A stretch of DNA of 64,000 nucleotides, taken from assembly GCA_000165345.1 (NCBI GenBank), contig CM000432.1, forward strand, positions 928,001 to 992,000. Reading direction: 5' to 3'. The position numbers and the translations under genes were made by a program. Positions 30,641 to 44,421 of this stretch are shown in pieces (the stretch's first letter is position 1; every line of letters begins with the position of its first letter). Below the pieces are notes generated by a model that worked only from the letters and a program-made list of their open reading frames with translations, was not told the origin of the DNA and did no database searches.

Positions 30641-30972
30641 TCTTCTTATTACTTTTTCCTTTCTTATAATAAAAAAGAAAAAAAAGACTTCTATTCACTT
30701 ATTTACTTCTAAGGAAAAGAAAACAATGTAATTATGCATGTAATGTATAATACTACACAAATCCATTAATCCAGTTTATTAAAGACTTCCAATATACAAT
30801 TAATTATTCCAAATTCAAATTTTTTCTCTATTCAATTTTTTTTTTCAAATTCTTTTTTTTTACCCTTTTATTATATATTTAAAAAAAAAAAAAAAAATCC
30901 CACTCTTTACAAAATTTTCTTTTCATGATCCAACCCACCCGCCAAATCTATTTTACCGTTTCTCGGTACCAA

Positions 30973-30986
30973 AAATGGCGGGAAGC
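30973..30986. promoter_or_regulatory. E2F-type site AAATGGCGGGAAGC
   Basis: Read directly, about 520 bp upstream of the TBC gene ATG. Confidence 0.35.
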
Positions 30987-32597
30987 ATGTTTCACACGTA
31001 ATATAGAAATTAATGTAAAACAACAAGATTAAAAATATGAACAATTTAAATCAATAAATAGATAAACATATATAAATATAGAGGAATATTCGGTTAGTAA
31101 TAATAATAATCTATACGGTTTTCTTTAGTTACTCAGAAATCTAAAAAAAAAAGAAAATCAAAATCAGAAATGATAAAATCTCGTTTTTTAACTATCTGGT
31201 TTTCTTTTTTTTTTTTCTTTTCTCCTACTTATCCACGGTCTTCTTATTTATCATTTAAATATACATTTAACAACTAGTAAATGCTATTCTATTATTTATT
31301 TATTATTATCATTGAATAAATTAATAAGAAGTTGAACCTTATGCATATATACATAACTCTCCATATTTAAAAAAAAAAAAATAAACCAGTTAGAAATGGT
31401 TGTTTAATTTTTTTTTGTGATAAATTTTTGAAATATTCATGGTACAAAGAATCTTAATAACAGGTATCATCAACCAATTATCTTCTATTGTATATTATTC
31501 TGTATTTGTACTATGCCAATTATAAAATAAGTGAAGAGAAAAAAGAATTATTATTATTATTATTATTTTGAAATTAAATTTTGTATCATCAATGTAAAAA
31601 AAAAAAAAAGAAAAGAAAATGAATAAATTATTCATATGTCACCATCTTTTGTTCTTTATTATATAGATTGAAAATTTACCAATTAACTCTTGTTTTACTT
31701 TTCCTCTGTAAAGAAATAAAACAGCATAATCTTTGCATGTATAACACATATACATTTGATAATTATATCAACAGTTAAAAAAAGGAAAAAAAGATGGTAT
31801 ATATTATATTTCAATTGTTCAAGTCATCTCAATAAAATATAAGAAATTGTGTAATTTTTAGCTTAAATTAGTAGACTAATTAACAAATAATAAATAGCTA
31901 AAATTACATAATTGCATACTCTCCACAATAAAGCTCATAAATATTTGTGATTTTTCTTCATTCTTATATCTTCTTGTTTTTGTTACAGATTCAGTAATTA
32001 ATCTGAAAAAGAAAAGAAGCTAAAATTTAAAATATTTTAAGCTGCTGAGTAGTTATTATATTCCAAATATTATTGGTAATTTCAAATCAGAGAGATTCCA
32101 ATATAATGTATAGGAGCAAAGCTTAAAGAGTGTGTATATATCTTACCACAAATGTAAATACTAGAAACTCTCCATTTTTTTTTTAAATCATTCTCCATTA
32201 CATTAATGATTTTTTTTTCTATTCAAAAATATCCCAATAATAATAAGTTAACATCTTTTTTTATACTTTATAGTAATAAACATATGACCAATATTATGGA
32301 ATAATAATAAATAAAACTGTTAGATAAAAAAAAAGAAGAAAAGAATCCATAAATCATAATGTAAGTCCAGTTACACCACAGTAATAACAATACCAAGTAG
32401 AGATCATTATTTTATGGCTATTTAAACATATGATCCAATATATTTAATAATAATAATAATAATAGTATTAATATATTTATTGAATCAATACCATTCAAAA
32501 TAATCTTTTTTTATTTTTTTTTGTTTGGAAATTAAACAATATCTCTAAACGATCCATCTCATATTAATCATTATTAACATTGAATCATAAATGATTC

Positions 32598-33611
32598 TTA
32601 TAAGGCTAAAATATCATGTACAGCAGAAATCTCCTCAATAATAGCAGATTCTTTGATTTTATTAAAATAAGCATCATTTAAAGATACTGATAAGGATCTT
32701 TTTTGCTTCAAATGATGATCACGATCATCATTTTTTAATCCAGTATTTACACAAGAATAATGTTCTTGAGATACTTGTACTATTTTACAATCATTGATAA
32801 ATTCTCCTCTTCTATTAGGAAAATTAATGTTGTGATTACTATTTCCTACTTCATAAGAAATGATTGAAGAAGTAGAATTAGTTGAGGAGCATACATACAT
32901 ACTATTATAATTAGTAGTATGATTTTCATAATCCTTCTTAAATCCAATTTGTTTAAAATATTCAAGAGAAAAAATCGCGCTTTCATCATCAATAACAATT
33001 TCTAATTGATTATCATTTTCATCCTTATCTGAAGGAGTTGTTGTTGATAAAATATCTCGAACAGATTCATGACCATGTATAATAGAATTACGATATTTTG
33101 ATATATATTTGCGTGAATTCCCAAGATCACTTCTACTTCTACCAATATTACAAGTATTGTCATTATTTAAAGTAGAATTTTGATAAGTTGTAAATCTTTC
33201 ATATGCACCAAAACTGTAATCACTCTTATCATCAAAATCAACCAAATTATTGAGATAATTATTGCCATTTAACATATCTCTTAGCACTTTCTTTTTATGT
33301 ATTAATAAAAGTTCAGGTCTCTCAAAGAATAGACTTGAGTTATCATCACATATTGATTGATTATTACTATTTCTACTATTGTTTCCATTAATAGCAATAG
33401 GACCATTATTATTATTTGGAATATTTCCAAAATTTTGAAGAAATGAATCACCATCTAATAAGGTATTTCTTTTATTCTTTCTTCTATCTCCATCCAAATG
33501 ATAATATTCAATAGCTCTCATTAAACTAATAGGAATATATAAAACAGATCCAACCACTCCAACCCCTAAAAAATATACACCAACACAAAAAGCAGATGCT
33601 GGATCAATCAT
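32598..33611 (-). CDS. Hypothetical single-pass (signal-anchor) membrane protein, 337 aa, N/S-rich
   Basis: ATG confirmed. N-terminal hydrophobic helix FCVGVYFLGVGVVGSVLYIPISL. No recognisable domain. It is the only ORF inside the roughly 6 kb AT-rich tract. Confidence 0.4.
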   Translation of the reverse strand: MIDPASAFCVGVYFLGVGVVGSVLYIPISLMRAIEYYHLDGDRRKNKRNTLLDGDSFLQNFGNIPNNNNGPIAINGNNSRNSNNQSICDDNSSLFFERPELLLIHKKKVLRDMLNGNNYLNNLVDFDDKSDYSFGAYERFTTYQNSTLNNDNTCNIGRSRSDLGNSRKYISKYRNSIIHGHESVRDILSTTTPSDKDENDNQLEIVIDDESAIFSLEYFKQIGFKKDYENHTTNYNSMYVCSSTNSTSSIISYEVGNSNHNINFPNRRGEFINDCKIVQVSQEHYSCVNTGLKNDDRDHHLKQKRSLSVSLNDAYFNKIKESAIIEEISAVHDILAL

Positions 33612-33659
33612 CTTTCAAATAGTATGAGGAATTGAAAATCGATTAAAGTTTAGTTGTTT

Positions 33660-35800
<2,141 letters not shown>

Positions 35801-36042
35801 TATATTGTGTGAACCATAATGTTACTCATTACTTTATAAAGTAGTGGTGTGAATATGTTATATGATATTATGTGATATTATACATTGGATTGTTTTAGTT
35901 TTTGTAAAAGAGAATGTGGATTTTGGTATCCCTTGCCTGCTTATTCCCGTTATCTGTTTTCCCATCATCCTCTTGTCGTTGAATTTATTTTAAGCCGTAT
36001 TTCTCTACCAACCAATATACCCTGCGGTTACATCTCACATCT

Positions 36043-36142
36043 NNNNNNNNNNNNNNNNNNNNNNNNNNNNNNNNNNNNNNNNNNNNNNNNNNNNNNNNNN
36101 NNNNNNNNNNNNNNNNNNNNNNNNNNNNNNNNNNNNNNNNNN
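36043..36142. other. Assembly gap (100 N) followed by a low-quality stretch with scattered ambiguous bases to about 36410
   Basis: Run of n characters read directly. Isolated n at 36260, 36262, 36325, 36328, 36341, 36365, 36387..36388, 36395, 36403 and 36408. Confidence 0.99.
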
Positions 36143-36427
36143 TATTACTGGTATCAGATAATATAATCCCAGGCGGCTTACATCCTCTACATCATTTACA
36201 GATTTTGTGCTTCTTAGAAGTTGATATGGTTGATTCTACAAATATCACAAGAAATATTTNANCCATTTCATTTGATAAATGATTTAAAGGTATACCAATA
36301 TTTTGAAGATTGTAAACTATATACNTTNCCATATGATTTANCACAGGGATCATCATCAATACTCNTTGATGAATTATATAATATATNNCCATCTNTTCAC
36401 CANAATANTCAGTTAATTGTTTAATGG

Positions 36428-37504
36428 TTAATTTTGTAAATCTTTAATAGATTGTATTTCTGGGAATTTTTCTATTAGACATTTACCTAATTTACCACCT
36501 AAAAATCTTAATTTAAGTATATGAGTATCTTTAATATAAGATTCAAACCATCTATGTAATAATACTGTTTGTCCATTTGGTTTTTTTAATGAAGATATCA
36601 TTTTTGAATAAATCTTATTAATAAAAATACCTGAACTACATGTATAAGTAGTTTCTTCTTGTAATCTTTTTCTTGCTCTATATATAAGTATTGAACCAAA
36701 TATAAGACACATTTCTTGAAAAGTTAAATGATAATAATTTATATTATTATCAATATCTTTTGAATTAAATATATCATAATTTATTATGTTTGACATAATT
36801 TTTTCATCCAATATTTCAGGAAATAAAATTTCAATTATTTTATTAAAATCAAATAAATTATTATTACATGCATTACGTGTCAATAATATATTTGTATTAA
36901 TGGAATTAATACAAATTTCAGATTTTAATTTATCAAAATCAAAATTAGGATGATTATGATTAGATAAATAATTTTTTATAGAATTAAATATTTTTTGAAT
37001 AATATTTGTTAAATCAAAATAAATTTCATCAATTGAAGCAATTTGAGCATTACAAGTTGGTAAGTAACTTTTTAATTTAGTAAAAACCATTTTAGAAGCT
37101 TTTCTAAATATATCCAAAGATAATTTTTGATAAGTCATATTTAAATTATCATCATTAAATAATTCCAAATATTGACCTCTAGCATCTAAAAATACATTTT
37201 GGGGTATAATTATTTCAGGGCATATTGATAATATTTCTTCTTTAGACATTTTTCTATTAACTCCTTTTTCTCTGGATGGATAATTTACTGCTAATACCAC
37301 ATTATTATTTATTACAGCTAATGGTTTATCTCTAGGTATATTATATTCTACATGACATACTTGAGCAAAAAAAGCATCCATATCAATTAATGAAATAATT
37401 CTTGGTACCATTTTTTCATTAAATTTATTAACAAAATCATCAGCAATATCTTTATATGAATAATCTAATTGTTTGGATTTTTTTAATTCATAAAAATTTA
37501 ACAT
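36428..37504 (-). CDS. POLH: DNA polymerase eta (Y-family translesion polymerase), N-terminal about 358 aa; 3' end lost in ambiguous bases and the gap
   Basis: ATG confirmed at 37504. The N-terminal catalytic signature IISLIDMDAFFAQVCHVEYNIPRDKPLAVINNNVVLAVNYPSREKGVNRKM matches Pol eta VALVDMDCFFVQVEQ...KPCAVVQY...AVSYEARAFGV. The ORF ends where the n-containing sequence begins. Confidence 0.7.
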   Translation of the reverse strand: MLNFYELKKSKQLDYSYKDIADDFVNKFNEKMVPRIISLIDMDAFFAQVCHVEYNIPRDKPLAVINNNVVLAVNYPSREKGVNRKMSKEEILSICPEIIIPQNVFLDARGQYLELFNDDNLNMTYQKLSLDIFRKASKMVFTKLKSYLPTCNAQIASIDEIYFDLTNIIQKIFNSIKNYLSNHNHPNFDFDKLKSEICINSINTNILLTRNACNNNLFDFNKIIEILFPEILDEKIMSNIINYDIFNSKDIDNNINYYHLTFQEMCLIFGSILIYRARKRLQEETTYTCSSGIFINKIYSKMISSLKKPNGQTVLLHRWFESYIKDTHILKLRFLGGKLGKCLIEKFPEIQSIKDLQN

Positions 37505-37719
37505 ATTTTTTTCTATTCCAAATTAATTTTGGTAAGAGTGGATTAAAAATTTCAATATTCGCTTTCATAACTTTTAAGGCAAAGTTTATAAATTTGTTTT
37601 TTTTTTTTTTTTTTTTTTTAACAGAAAAAAAAGGTATCGGGTATCTTTTTTTTTTTTTTAAAAATTACAAATTTTTTTTTTTGCGTAAATTTTTTTTTTT
37701 TTTTCAAATAAAAAAAAAA
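37505..37719. promoter_or_regulatory. 215-bp bidirectional promoter between Pol eta (-) and Rrp41 (+), made of long homopolymer T/A tracts flanking GGTATCGGGTATC
   Basis: Tracts of T21, T13, T11, T15 and A11 read directly. The central direct repeat GGTATC-G-GGTATC lies at about 37632..37645. Confidence 0.45.
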
Positions 37720-38511
37720 ATGAATGAAATTGTGAATAAACATGGAATACGTCAAGATGGAAGAAAATTAACAGAAATTAGACGAATTAAATGTATAATA
37801 AATGAAGGAAATCAAAGAGGAATTGAAGATGGAAATGTTTATTTTGAACAAGGTCAAAATAAATTAATTGTATCAATTGTAGGTCCGGTACCTATTTCAG
37901 GTAATATAAATTATACAAATAATAATTCAGGAGTTCAAATAAATTGTAATTTTAGAGTATCACCATTCAGTAGTCAAGATAGAAGAAAAAGAGGAAAGAA
38001 TGATCGATTTTGTATTGAAAGTGGATTAATTATTTCAAGAACTTTTTCTTCAGTTATTTGTGATCAATATTCAAAATCTCAAATAATTATTAATATTATA
38101 ATATTAGAAGGAGATGGTAGTGTAAGATCTGCTGCTATTAATGCTACATCAATAGCATTAGCTATTTCTGGTATTTCTATGAAAGATTTAATAGTTTCTG
38201 CTACATGTGGATTATATGGGAAACAAGTACTTTATGACTTAACACAATCTGAAATGGAAAGTCTTAAAGGTACATTATTAATGGCAATTCATAGTACTGA
38301 TAATGATATTGATACAGATACTGAAAATGTTGGTAATGGTAATAGTGATATATCTCCTGTTACAATTGATTTAAATACAAAACTTAAGCCTGAAATGATT
38401 GAATTTTTAATGAATGAGACTTTTTCTGCTTGTAAACAATTTTCTGTTATAATTCGAGATTTTCTTAAAAATTATACTTGTAATAAATACCAAAGTATTT
38501 ATTCAAAATGA
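37720..38511 (+). CDS. RRP41: Exosome complex RNase PH-like subunit Rrp41 (Ski6/EXOSC4)
   Basis: The real ATG is at 37720; the ORF-track start 37456 reads through the poly-T promoter. IRQDGRKLTEIRRI...DGNVYFEQGQNKLIVSIVGP matches the RNase PH signature VDGRRAGELRKI...DGSAYIEQGNTKALAVVYGP. The downstream block ILEGDGSVRSAAINATSIALAISGISMKD matches LQADGGTYAACVNAATLAVLDAGIPMRD. Confidence 0.7.
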   Translation: MNEIVNKHGIRQDGRKLTEIRRIKCIINEGNQRGIEDGNVYFEQGQNKLIVSIVGPVPISGNINYTNNNSGVQINCNFRVSPFSSQDRRKRGKNDRFCIESGLIISRTFSSVICDQYSKSQIIINIIILEGDGSVRSAAINATSIALAISGISMKDLIVSATCGLYGKQVLYDLTQSEMESLKGTLLMAIHSTDNDIDTDTENVGNGNSDISPVTIDLNTKLKPEMIEFLMNETFSACKQFSVIIRDFLKNYTCNKYQSIYSK

Positions 38512-38734
38512 TCTAATTAAATGGATTTACTAAATAATAATAATAATAATAATAATGATAATTCGACTATAATTACTAGTAATATAATATAAATAAATAA
38601 ATGAAATAATAAATAAAATAGGTAGATAGATAGATAGAAAGATCGAGAGATAGCCTTTTTTAAGCCTGATTTTATTAAATTAACTTTATTATTATTGTAA
38701 ATATAATTACCAGGTATAACTATTACTTTTATTT

Positions 38735-39118
38735 TTATTTTGACTTTCCACATTTATTATTACAGCTACTACTAGAATCGCTTTCACTATCAGAATCGCT
38801 TTCACTATCAGAATCGCTTTCACTACTTGAAGATTCACCAAAATTTCTCTTTTTATGGAAAATACAACATTTTTTTGATTTTTTCTTGTTCATCATTTCA
38901 TTATCTATAGCCGATTCGTCCCATGTTACACTATTTGTAGATTTACGATGTATTTTCTTATAGTCTAAATCATTATTAATATTCGAATCTTGAATAATTT
39001 CTTCTTTATCTTCAATTTTACTATTATTATTAGTATTATCGGAAGAATTGTTCAATTTGTCATTATCTTCTACCTTTAAAATAGTCAAAGTATTTGTTTT
39101 ATATATTGTTTGACTCAT
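38735..39118 (-). CDS. PPP1R11: Protein phosphatase 1 inhibitor-3 (PPP1R11/Ypi1) homolog, 127 aa
   Basis: ATG confirmed. The RVxW-type motif NSVTWDESAIDNEMM and SKKCCIFHKKRNFGESSSSESDSDSESD match PPP1R11 RKVEWTSDTVDNEHM and [25 protein letters not shown]. C-terminal (SESD)n acidic repeat. Confidence 0.6.
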   Translation of the reverse strand: MSQTIYKTNTLTILKVEDNDKLNNSSDNTNNNSKIEDKEEIIQDSNINNDLDYKKIHRKSTNSVTWDESAIDNEMMNKKKSKKCCIFHKKRNFGESSSSESDSDSESDSDSESDSSSSCNNKCGKSK

Positions 39119-39699
39119 TTCTTTAAAATTAGATTTTCTGTCAATTCTGACTTTTTATGTACAATTATATCTCAAATTATTACATTAATTCTTTAAAAAA
39201 TGTTTATTATTATTTAATAATTGATTTTGTTTTTTTAATTTAAATAATAAAAATATAATTTACACGTAATTATTAAACTCTTTAATTTTTTTTTTAGTTT
39301 CAAAATCTTCCTTATAGCCCACCAAATTTGTTTTCTTGATACTTTATAAGTTACTGGAGACAATAGTTAATAATTTATTGAAAATTTTCTTTTTGATTAG
39401 AATAAGAATTTATATATACGTACGTGTTTTTACGCACGAATAAGTATTGAAACGACTTATATAAATGAACAAATTATTATTAAAATTCTTGAAATATAAC
39501 TGTAAACATAAATAAATAAATATTAATTATCTGTATTTGCATTTTATTGTTTTTCTTTCTTATTTTCTTTATTAATTTACTTTGATTTACCATCCACTTA
39601 TAATATTATTCACATGTTGCGCCAACATGTTTTTTTCTTTAACTTTATTTGTAAAGTAATTACGATGATCAATATAGGGGAAACACAGATTTCTTCTTG

Positions 39700-39850
<151 letters not shown>

Positions 39851-40087
39851 TGAAGAAAATAGAATAATAAATAAAAATGAATCAATACATAACAAACTTT
39901 TTATTAAATTAATTCTATTAGACTTTTATTTATTAAGAAACAGCAACAAAAAAACAAATTATCCTTAAGATATAAATATATGTAATAAAATTTTGTCAAG
40001 TAGTACTCTCATTTTTTTTTTTTTAACTAATTTAATATTATTTCTTGTGTGTGCACCAACTAATAATTATAACTTAAATTCAACAAA

Positions 40088-40109
40088 TTTCCCGCCAACA
40101 AGCGCCAAC
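40088..40109. promoter_or_regulatory. Canonical E2F site TTTCCCGCCAAC plus adjacent AGCGCCAAC
   Basis: Read directly, about 800 bp upstream of the Rpn2 ATG. A polypurine GA-rich tract (40847..40902) lies immediately 5' of the ATG. Confidence 0.4.
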
Positions 40110-40902
40110 AAAGAGGGGTATCACAAATAAATAATATAATGTACATATATTTATATGTAAATGAGAGCTGAAAGTGAAGAAGAGGGGGAAAAAAAGTGAG
40201 TATTATAAGATAATAAAGGAAACACAAAGAGTCAATAACAAAATCATTAATTAAAAGAAGAAGATTTTTTATTTTTGGAAAAAGAAGAAAAAATTAATAA
40301 TATAAAAAAAAACCCAAAAGGTTTGTTTTTATTGTAAATCTATTTCTTCTTATATAAATCAATAATTTAATAATATATTATCGAAAAATTAAAGTGGGGG
40401 AGGAGAGTGAGAGAAAATAAAAAGAAGAATAGATAGAGATAGAAAAGAAAGGAAAGAAAAAAAAAACAGGTGAATTTTATCCAAGTTGGATTGTAATGAA
40501 AAGGTTGAAAAATTTTGTATATAATAATATCGTCTATTTATATTAATTTTTTATATAGTTGGTATATGAATATAATATAGTATAAATAAAGACAGCCATT
40601 TATTTATATACATACATTGAATCTAAATAAACCGTTTTTTTTTTTCAGTTTAGTTGAATTTCCAACAATTAATCAATAAGTTATATATATTTAATATATA
40701 AATAATCCAAGTAATCACACACACATATTATCAACAAAGTGGATTGTTTGATATATCTGTTGTATGTGTTAAAAGACAATTAATATTTATAAATTAAAAT
40801 AATAAACAAGTAAGAAACTTAAAGTATTTACAAAGTTCATAAGTAATTATTTGAAGAAGAAAAGAAAGAGAAAAAGGAAAGGAAAGGAAAGAAAAGAGAA
40901 AG

Positions 40903-43900
40903 ATGACACAAGTAATGACTGACTCAGTCTCATTAAATGGTATGGGAAGACTAAGCTCAGTATCAGGCTATGCACTATTACTTGATGATGATTCTGTAGA
41001 GTTAAAAGAATATGCTTTAAGAGAGCTGAATACAGTAGTTGATGGGCATTGGTATGAGATGGCAGAATATTTAGGTTCAATAGAAAGTTGTTTTGAAGAT
41101 GAAATGTTCCCAAATAGAGAACAAGCAGCACTTTTAGCTTCTAAGATATACTTTCATATGGAAGATTATGACGAAGCTTTAAGGTATCTATTAAGTAGTT
41201 ACAGATTATTTGATCCATTAGAAAATAGCTCATTCTCAGAATCAATGGTAGTTAAATGTATTGATGAATTTATTAAAGTATGTAAGACTCATTATAATAA
41301 TATCAATAATAATTCAGATTCTGATACTTATACTGATATAAATATTAATGAACTAGATCCAAGATTAGAAGAAATAGTATCTGATTTAATTTCTAGAAGT
41401 ACTTCCAATGGGAAATTTTTGAATGCAATGGGAATTGTATTAGAAGCAAGAAGAAGTGATTTACTGATAAAAATCTTAAAACAAGTATTAGAAATAATCA
41501 ATATCGAGAATTTGGGTCAATTTTGTGATCAATGTCTAAACTTAATTCGTTACTTAGATTCAAATGATTTTCGTATGAAAAGTTATAAAATACTTATTAA
41601 GTTGATTGAAGATAAAGCTGAGTGTATTGAAGATAGTCCATGCTTAAGAACTTATTGTGAATGTCTTTGTGAAATTAAAGATAGTGAGAAACTTTCTAAT
41701 ATTCTGATAAATCTTGCAAATAATTCAAATAAGAATTTTTCCAAAGCATATTCAATCGCATTTATCATCAAAGATTACGAAAATATTTCTTTATTGAAGG
41801 AAGTAATAAATAAGATTGATCTTTATTTGATTGGTATGATCACAAATTCTTCTAAAGAGGGAGAAGAAGAATGCAAAGATGTGAAAACTGAGAATCAAAA
41901 TCCAAATAATAATGATAATAAACTAGTAAAAGTGAAGAGTATTCTTACAGGAGAAATAGTTTCTGAATTGAATTTACGATTCCTTCATTTAAATAACCAA
42001 CCTGATCTTGGAATATTGGAACACATCAAAAATAACTGTGATCAAAGATCAACAATTTCACATACAGCTCTTGTAATGTCTCATGGTTTAATGCAAGCTG
42101 GCACTACTTGCGATGTATTTCTTAGAAATAACTTAGAATGGCTTGGAAAAGCTACTCATTGGTCAAGATTCTCAACTGCTGCATCATTAGGAGTTATTCA
42201 TATGGGGCATATCAAAGAAGCATTGAAAGTGCTTTCTACTTGCTTGCCAAGTAGTGGAAATACCAACAGTACAAATTCGAATAATAGCGGAAATACTTTA
42301 GGGGGTCAATATAGTGAAGGTGGTTCATTTTTTGCTCTTGGATTAATAAATGCAGGTTACATGGATCAAAAGTCTAGAGAATACCTTTTGGAAAAACTGA
42401 AGAATCCTCAAAGAAATGAAGTTCTTCAACATGGAGCAAGCTTGGGATTAGGATTAATGGGTTTTGGATCATGTGACGCAGAACTATATGATGAATTACG
42501 TAATGTATTATATATGGATAATGCTGTTGCTGGGGAAGCTGCAGCCTATAGTATTGGATTAGTTATGTTTGGATCTGGATGCAAAAAAACAATAGGGGAC
42601 TTACTTTCATATGCAAAAGATACCCAACACGAGAAGATTGTAAGAGCTTGCTCTGTTGCTTTAGGTTTTGTAATGTACTCTCGAGGCGGAGAGGAAGCAG
42701 ATGAGCTTTTTCAACAACTAAACTCTGACAGTGAGCATTTTATTAGATATGGAGCAATGCATGTTCTTGGACTTGCTTACTGTGGAACTGGAAACCAATT
42801 TGCAATGGAGAAGCTACTACAAATAATTGTTTCAGAGCTTTCTGATGATAATAAAAGAGCTGCAGTATTTGCACTAGGTCTGGTTATGTGTAGAAATACT
42901 CAACAAATTCCTCAAGTTTTTTCTTTATTATGCGACAGTTATAACCCACATGTCAGATATGCTGCTGCCCTCACTTTAGGCATTACCTGCTGTGGAATGG
43001 AATCACCCAAAGTCACAGCAATTCTCAAATCCATGACTACTGATTCATCTGATATTGTCAGGCAAGCTGCATATATAGGGCTCGGACTCCTTTTAATGCA
43101 GCAAAACGAATCCTCTAATGACAAACTTTCATGCACACGTCAACAAATGATTAAGGCGGCAACTGATAAGCATGAGCATATAGCCACCAGATTTGGCGCC
43201 ATATTGGGTTTAGGTTTGATGGATTCGGGAGGAAGAAATGTCAAAGCTTCTTTGTTTTCAAGAAATGGAGAGAGTTTACGCCCACAATCAGCGGCAGGTT
43301 TTTCTTTATTTTTCCAGTTTTGGTTTTGGTTTCCTCTGGTACACTGTATTTCTCTATCATATGTCCCAACTTGTATTGTGGGGTTGGATGATCAGTTTAG
43401 GGTACCAAAGAGCTTTAGTATGAAATGTAACTCGTCTAAAGAGAAATTTGATTATCCAAAGTCCTTCTCTCTTGATAAGATTGAAGATAAGAAGGTTGTT
43501 GTCACTGCCGTACTTTCTACTGCTTCTAAGAAGAAATTAAAAAAGCAAAAGGCCACTGGCACCGACACAACAAATGATAATAAAGATAGCAATAGCTCCT
43601 CTTCTCCATTATCTACTTCAAAACAGGTAGTTGAGGAAGAGAAAAGTAGTAATGAAACTGGAAATAATTTGAAAGATGGAGCAGACACCGAGATGAATAT
43701 TGATGAAAAGATAGAAAAAGAAGAGGTTGAGATGACCTTAGATACAGATGATTCAAGAAATAAGAATGATTTTGATAAAGAATCGAGCTCTTTTGTACTA
43801 AACAATCCATTTAGAGTAATAAAACCACAAGAACAATTTTTGGAGTTGATTCCCAACTCTAGGTACTCACCTGTTCTTCCTTTACAAAAGTCTGGATTTA

Positions 43901-44130
43901 TCATACTAAATGATAATACGCCATTGGAACAAGAAGAGTATGTCTTTACTGTTGGACAAGATACCAATAAAGATAATAGTGCTACTTCCGAAGTGAAGAA
44001 TGAAACTACAAAAGAGGAAGAAGAATCCAAAGAAAAGAAGGAAAATAATGAGGATGAGAGAATGTCCGACAATGATAATGGAAAATCGGAAGAAATGGTT
44101 CCCCCTGAAACATTTGAATGGCAGGGATAA
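40903..44130 (+). CDS. RPN2: 26S proteasome regulatory subunit Rpn2 (PSMD1)
   Basis: ATG confirmed. N-terminus LLLDDDSVELKEYALRELNTVVDGHWYEMAEYL matches Rpn2. Multiple PC repeats (HGASLGLGLMGFGS..., AAAYSIGLVMFGSG..., ACSVALGFVMYSRG..., YGAMHVLGLAYCGTGN..., AAVFALGLVMC...). Acidic, K/E-rich C-terminal extension. Confidence 0.9.
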   Translation: MTQVMTDSVSLNGMGRLSSVSGYALLLDDDSVELKEYALRELNTVVDGHWYEMAEYLGSIESCFEDEMFPNREQAALLASKIYFHMEDYDEALRYLLSSYRLFDPLENSSFSESMVVKCIDEFIKVCKTHYNNINNNSDSDTYTDININELDPRLEEIVSDLISRSTSNGKFLNAMGIVLEARRSDLLIKILKQVLEIINIENLGQFCDQCLNLIRYLDSNDFRMKSYKILIKLIEDKAECIEDSPCLRTYCECLCEIKDSEKLSNILINLANNSNKNFSKAYSIAFIIKDYENISLLKEVINKIDLYLIGMITNSSKEGEEECKDVKTENQNPNNNDNKLVKVKSILTGEIVSELNLRFLHLNNQPDLGILEHIKNNCDQRSTISHTALVMSHGLMQAGTTCDVFLRNNLEWLGKATHWSRFSTAASLGVIHMGHIKEALKVLSTCLPSSGNTNSTNSNNSGNTLGGQYSEGGSFFALGLINAGYMDQKSREYLLEKLKNPQRNEVLQHGASLGLGLMGFGSCDAELYDELRNVLYMDNAVAGEAAAYSIGLVMFGSGCKKTIGDLLSYAKDTQHEKIVRACSVALGFVMYSRGGEEADELFQQLNSDSEHFIRYGAMHVLGLAYCGTGNQFAMEKLLQIIVSELSDDNKRAAVFALGLVMCRNTQQIPQVFSLLCDSYNPHVRYAAALTLGITCCGMESPKVTAILKSMTTDSSDIVRQAAYIGLGLLLMQQNESSNDKLSCTRQQMIKAATDKHEHIATRFGAILGLGLMDSGGRNVKASLFSRNGESLRPQSAAGFSLFFQFWFWFPLVHCISLSYVPTCIVGLDDQFRVPKSFSMKCNSSKEKFDYPKSFSLDKIEDKKVVVTAVLSTASKKKLKKQKATGTDTTNDNKDSNSSSSPLSTSKQVVEEEKSSNETGNNLKDGADTEMNIDEKIEKEEVEMTLDTDDSRNKNDFDKESSSFVLNNPFRVIKPQEQFLELIPNSRYSPVLPLQKSGFIILNDNTPLEQEEYVFTVGQDTNKDNSATSEVKNETTKEEEESKEKKENNEDERMSDNDNGKSEEMVPPETFEWQG

Positions 44131-44397
44131 TATAAGACAAGACGATACAAATTTATTTTCTTCAAGAACCTTTTTTCCAGCAACCCACTCCTTGTTAAAT
44201 AACATTAGTAGTAATATAGAAATTCTCATAAATTATAGAGGTAATTCATCTACTCTATGATTACATAACTTTTTTCTTCCCTTATAGATTCTTGTTCTTT
44301 CTCAATTAATTATAGTTTATTCCTTTAAAATAGTCAAACTTAATTTATTGCGAATTTATTCCTCTTATTTTACCATGTGGTCATACAGTACCCCTAA

Positions 44398-44421
44398 ATG
44401 CATGCACATTGTGGCGCCAAC
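44398..44421. promoter_or_regulatory. TGCATGCA plus E2F palindrome TGTGGCGCCAAC
   Basis: Read directly, about 270 bp upstream of the ATG at 44685. Confidence 0.45.

Noticed and set aside
35885-36424. ORFs spanning or adjoining the N gap (35885..36166, 36192..36392, 36221..36424) with X residues
   Set aside because: Artefacts of translating across the 100-N gap and ambiguous bases. The minus-strand one is probably the out-of-frame continuation of the Pol eta gene in low-quality sequence.
43452-44229. 243-aa and 107-aa minus-strand ORFs antisense to the Rpn2 3' region
   Set aside because: Ser/Leu/Phe-rich low-complexity translation of the complement of the K/E-rich Rpn2 tail. No start context or motifs. 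Rpn2 is strongly supported on the plus strand.
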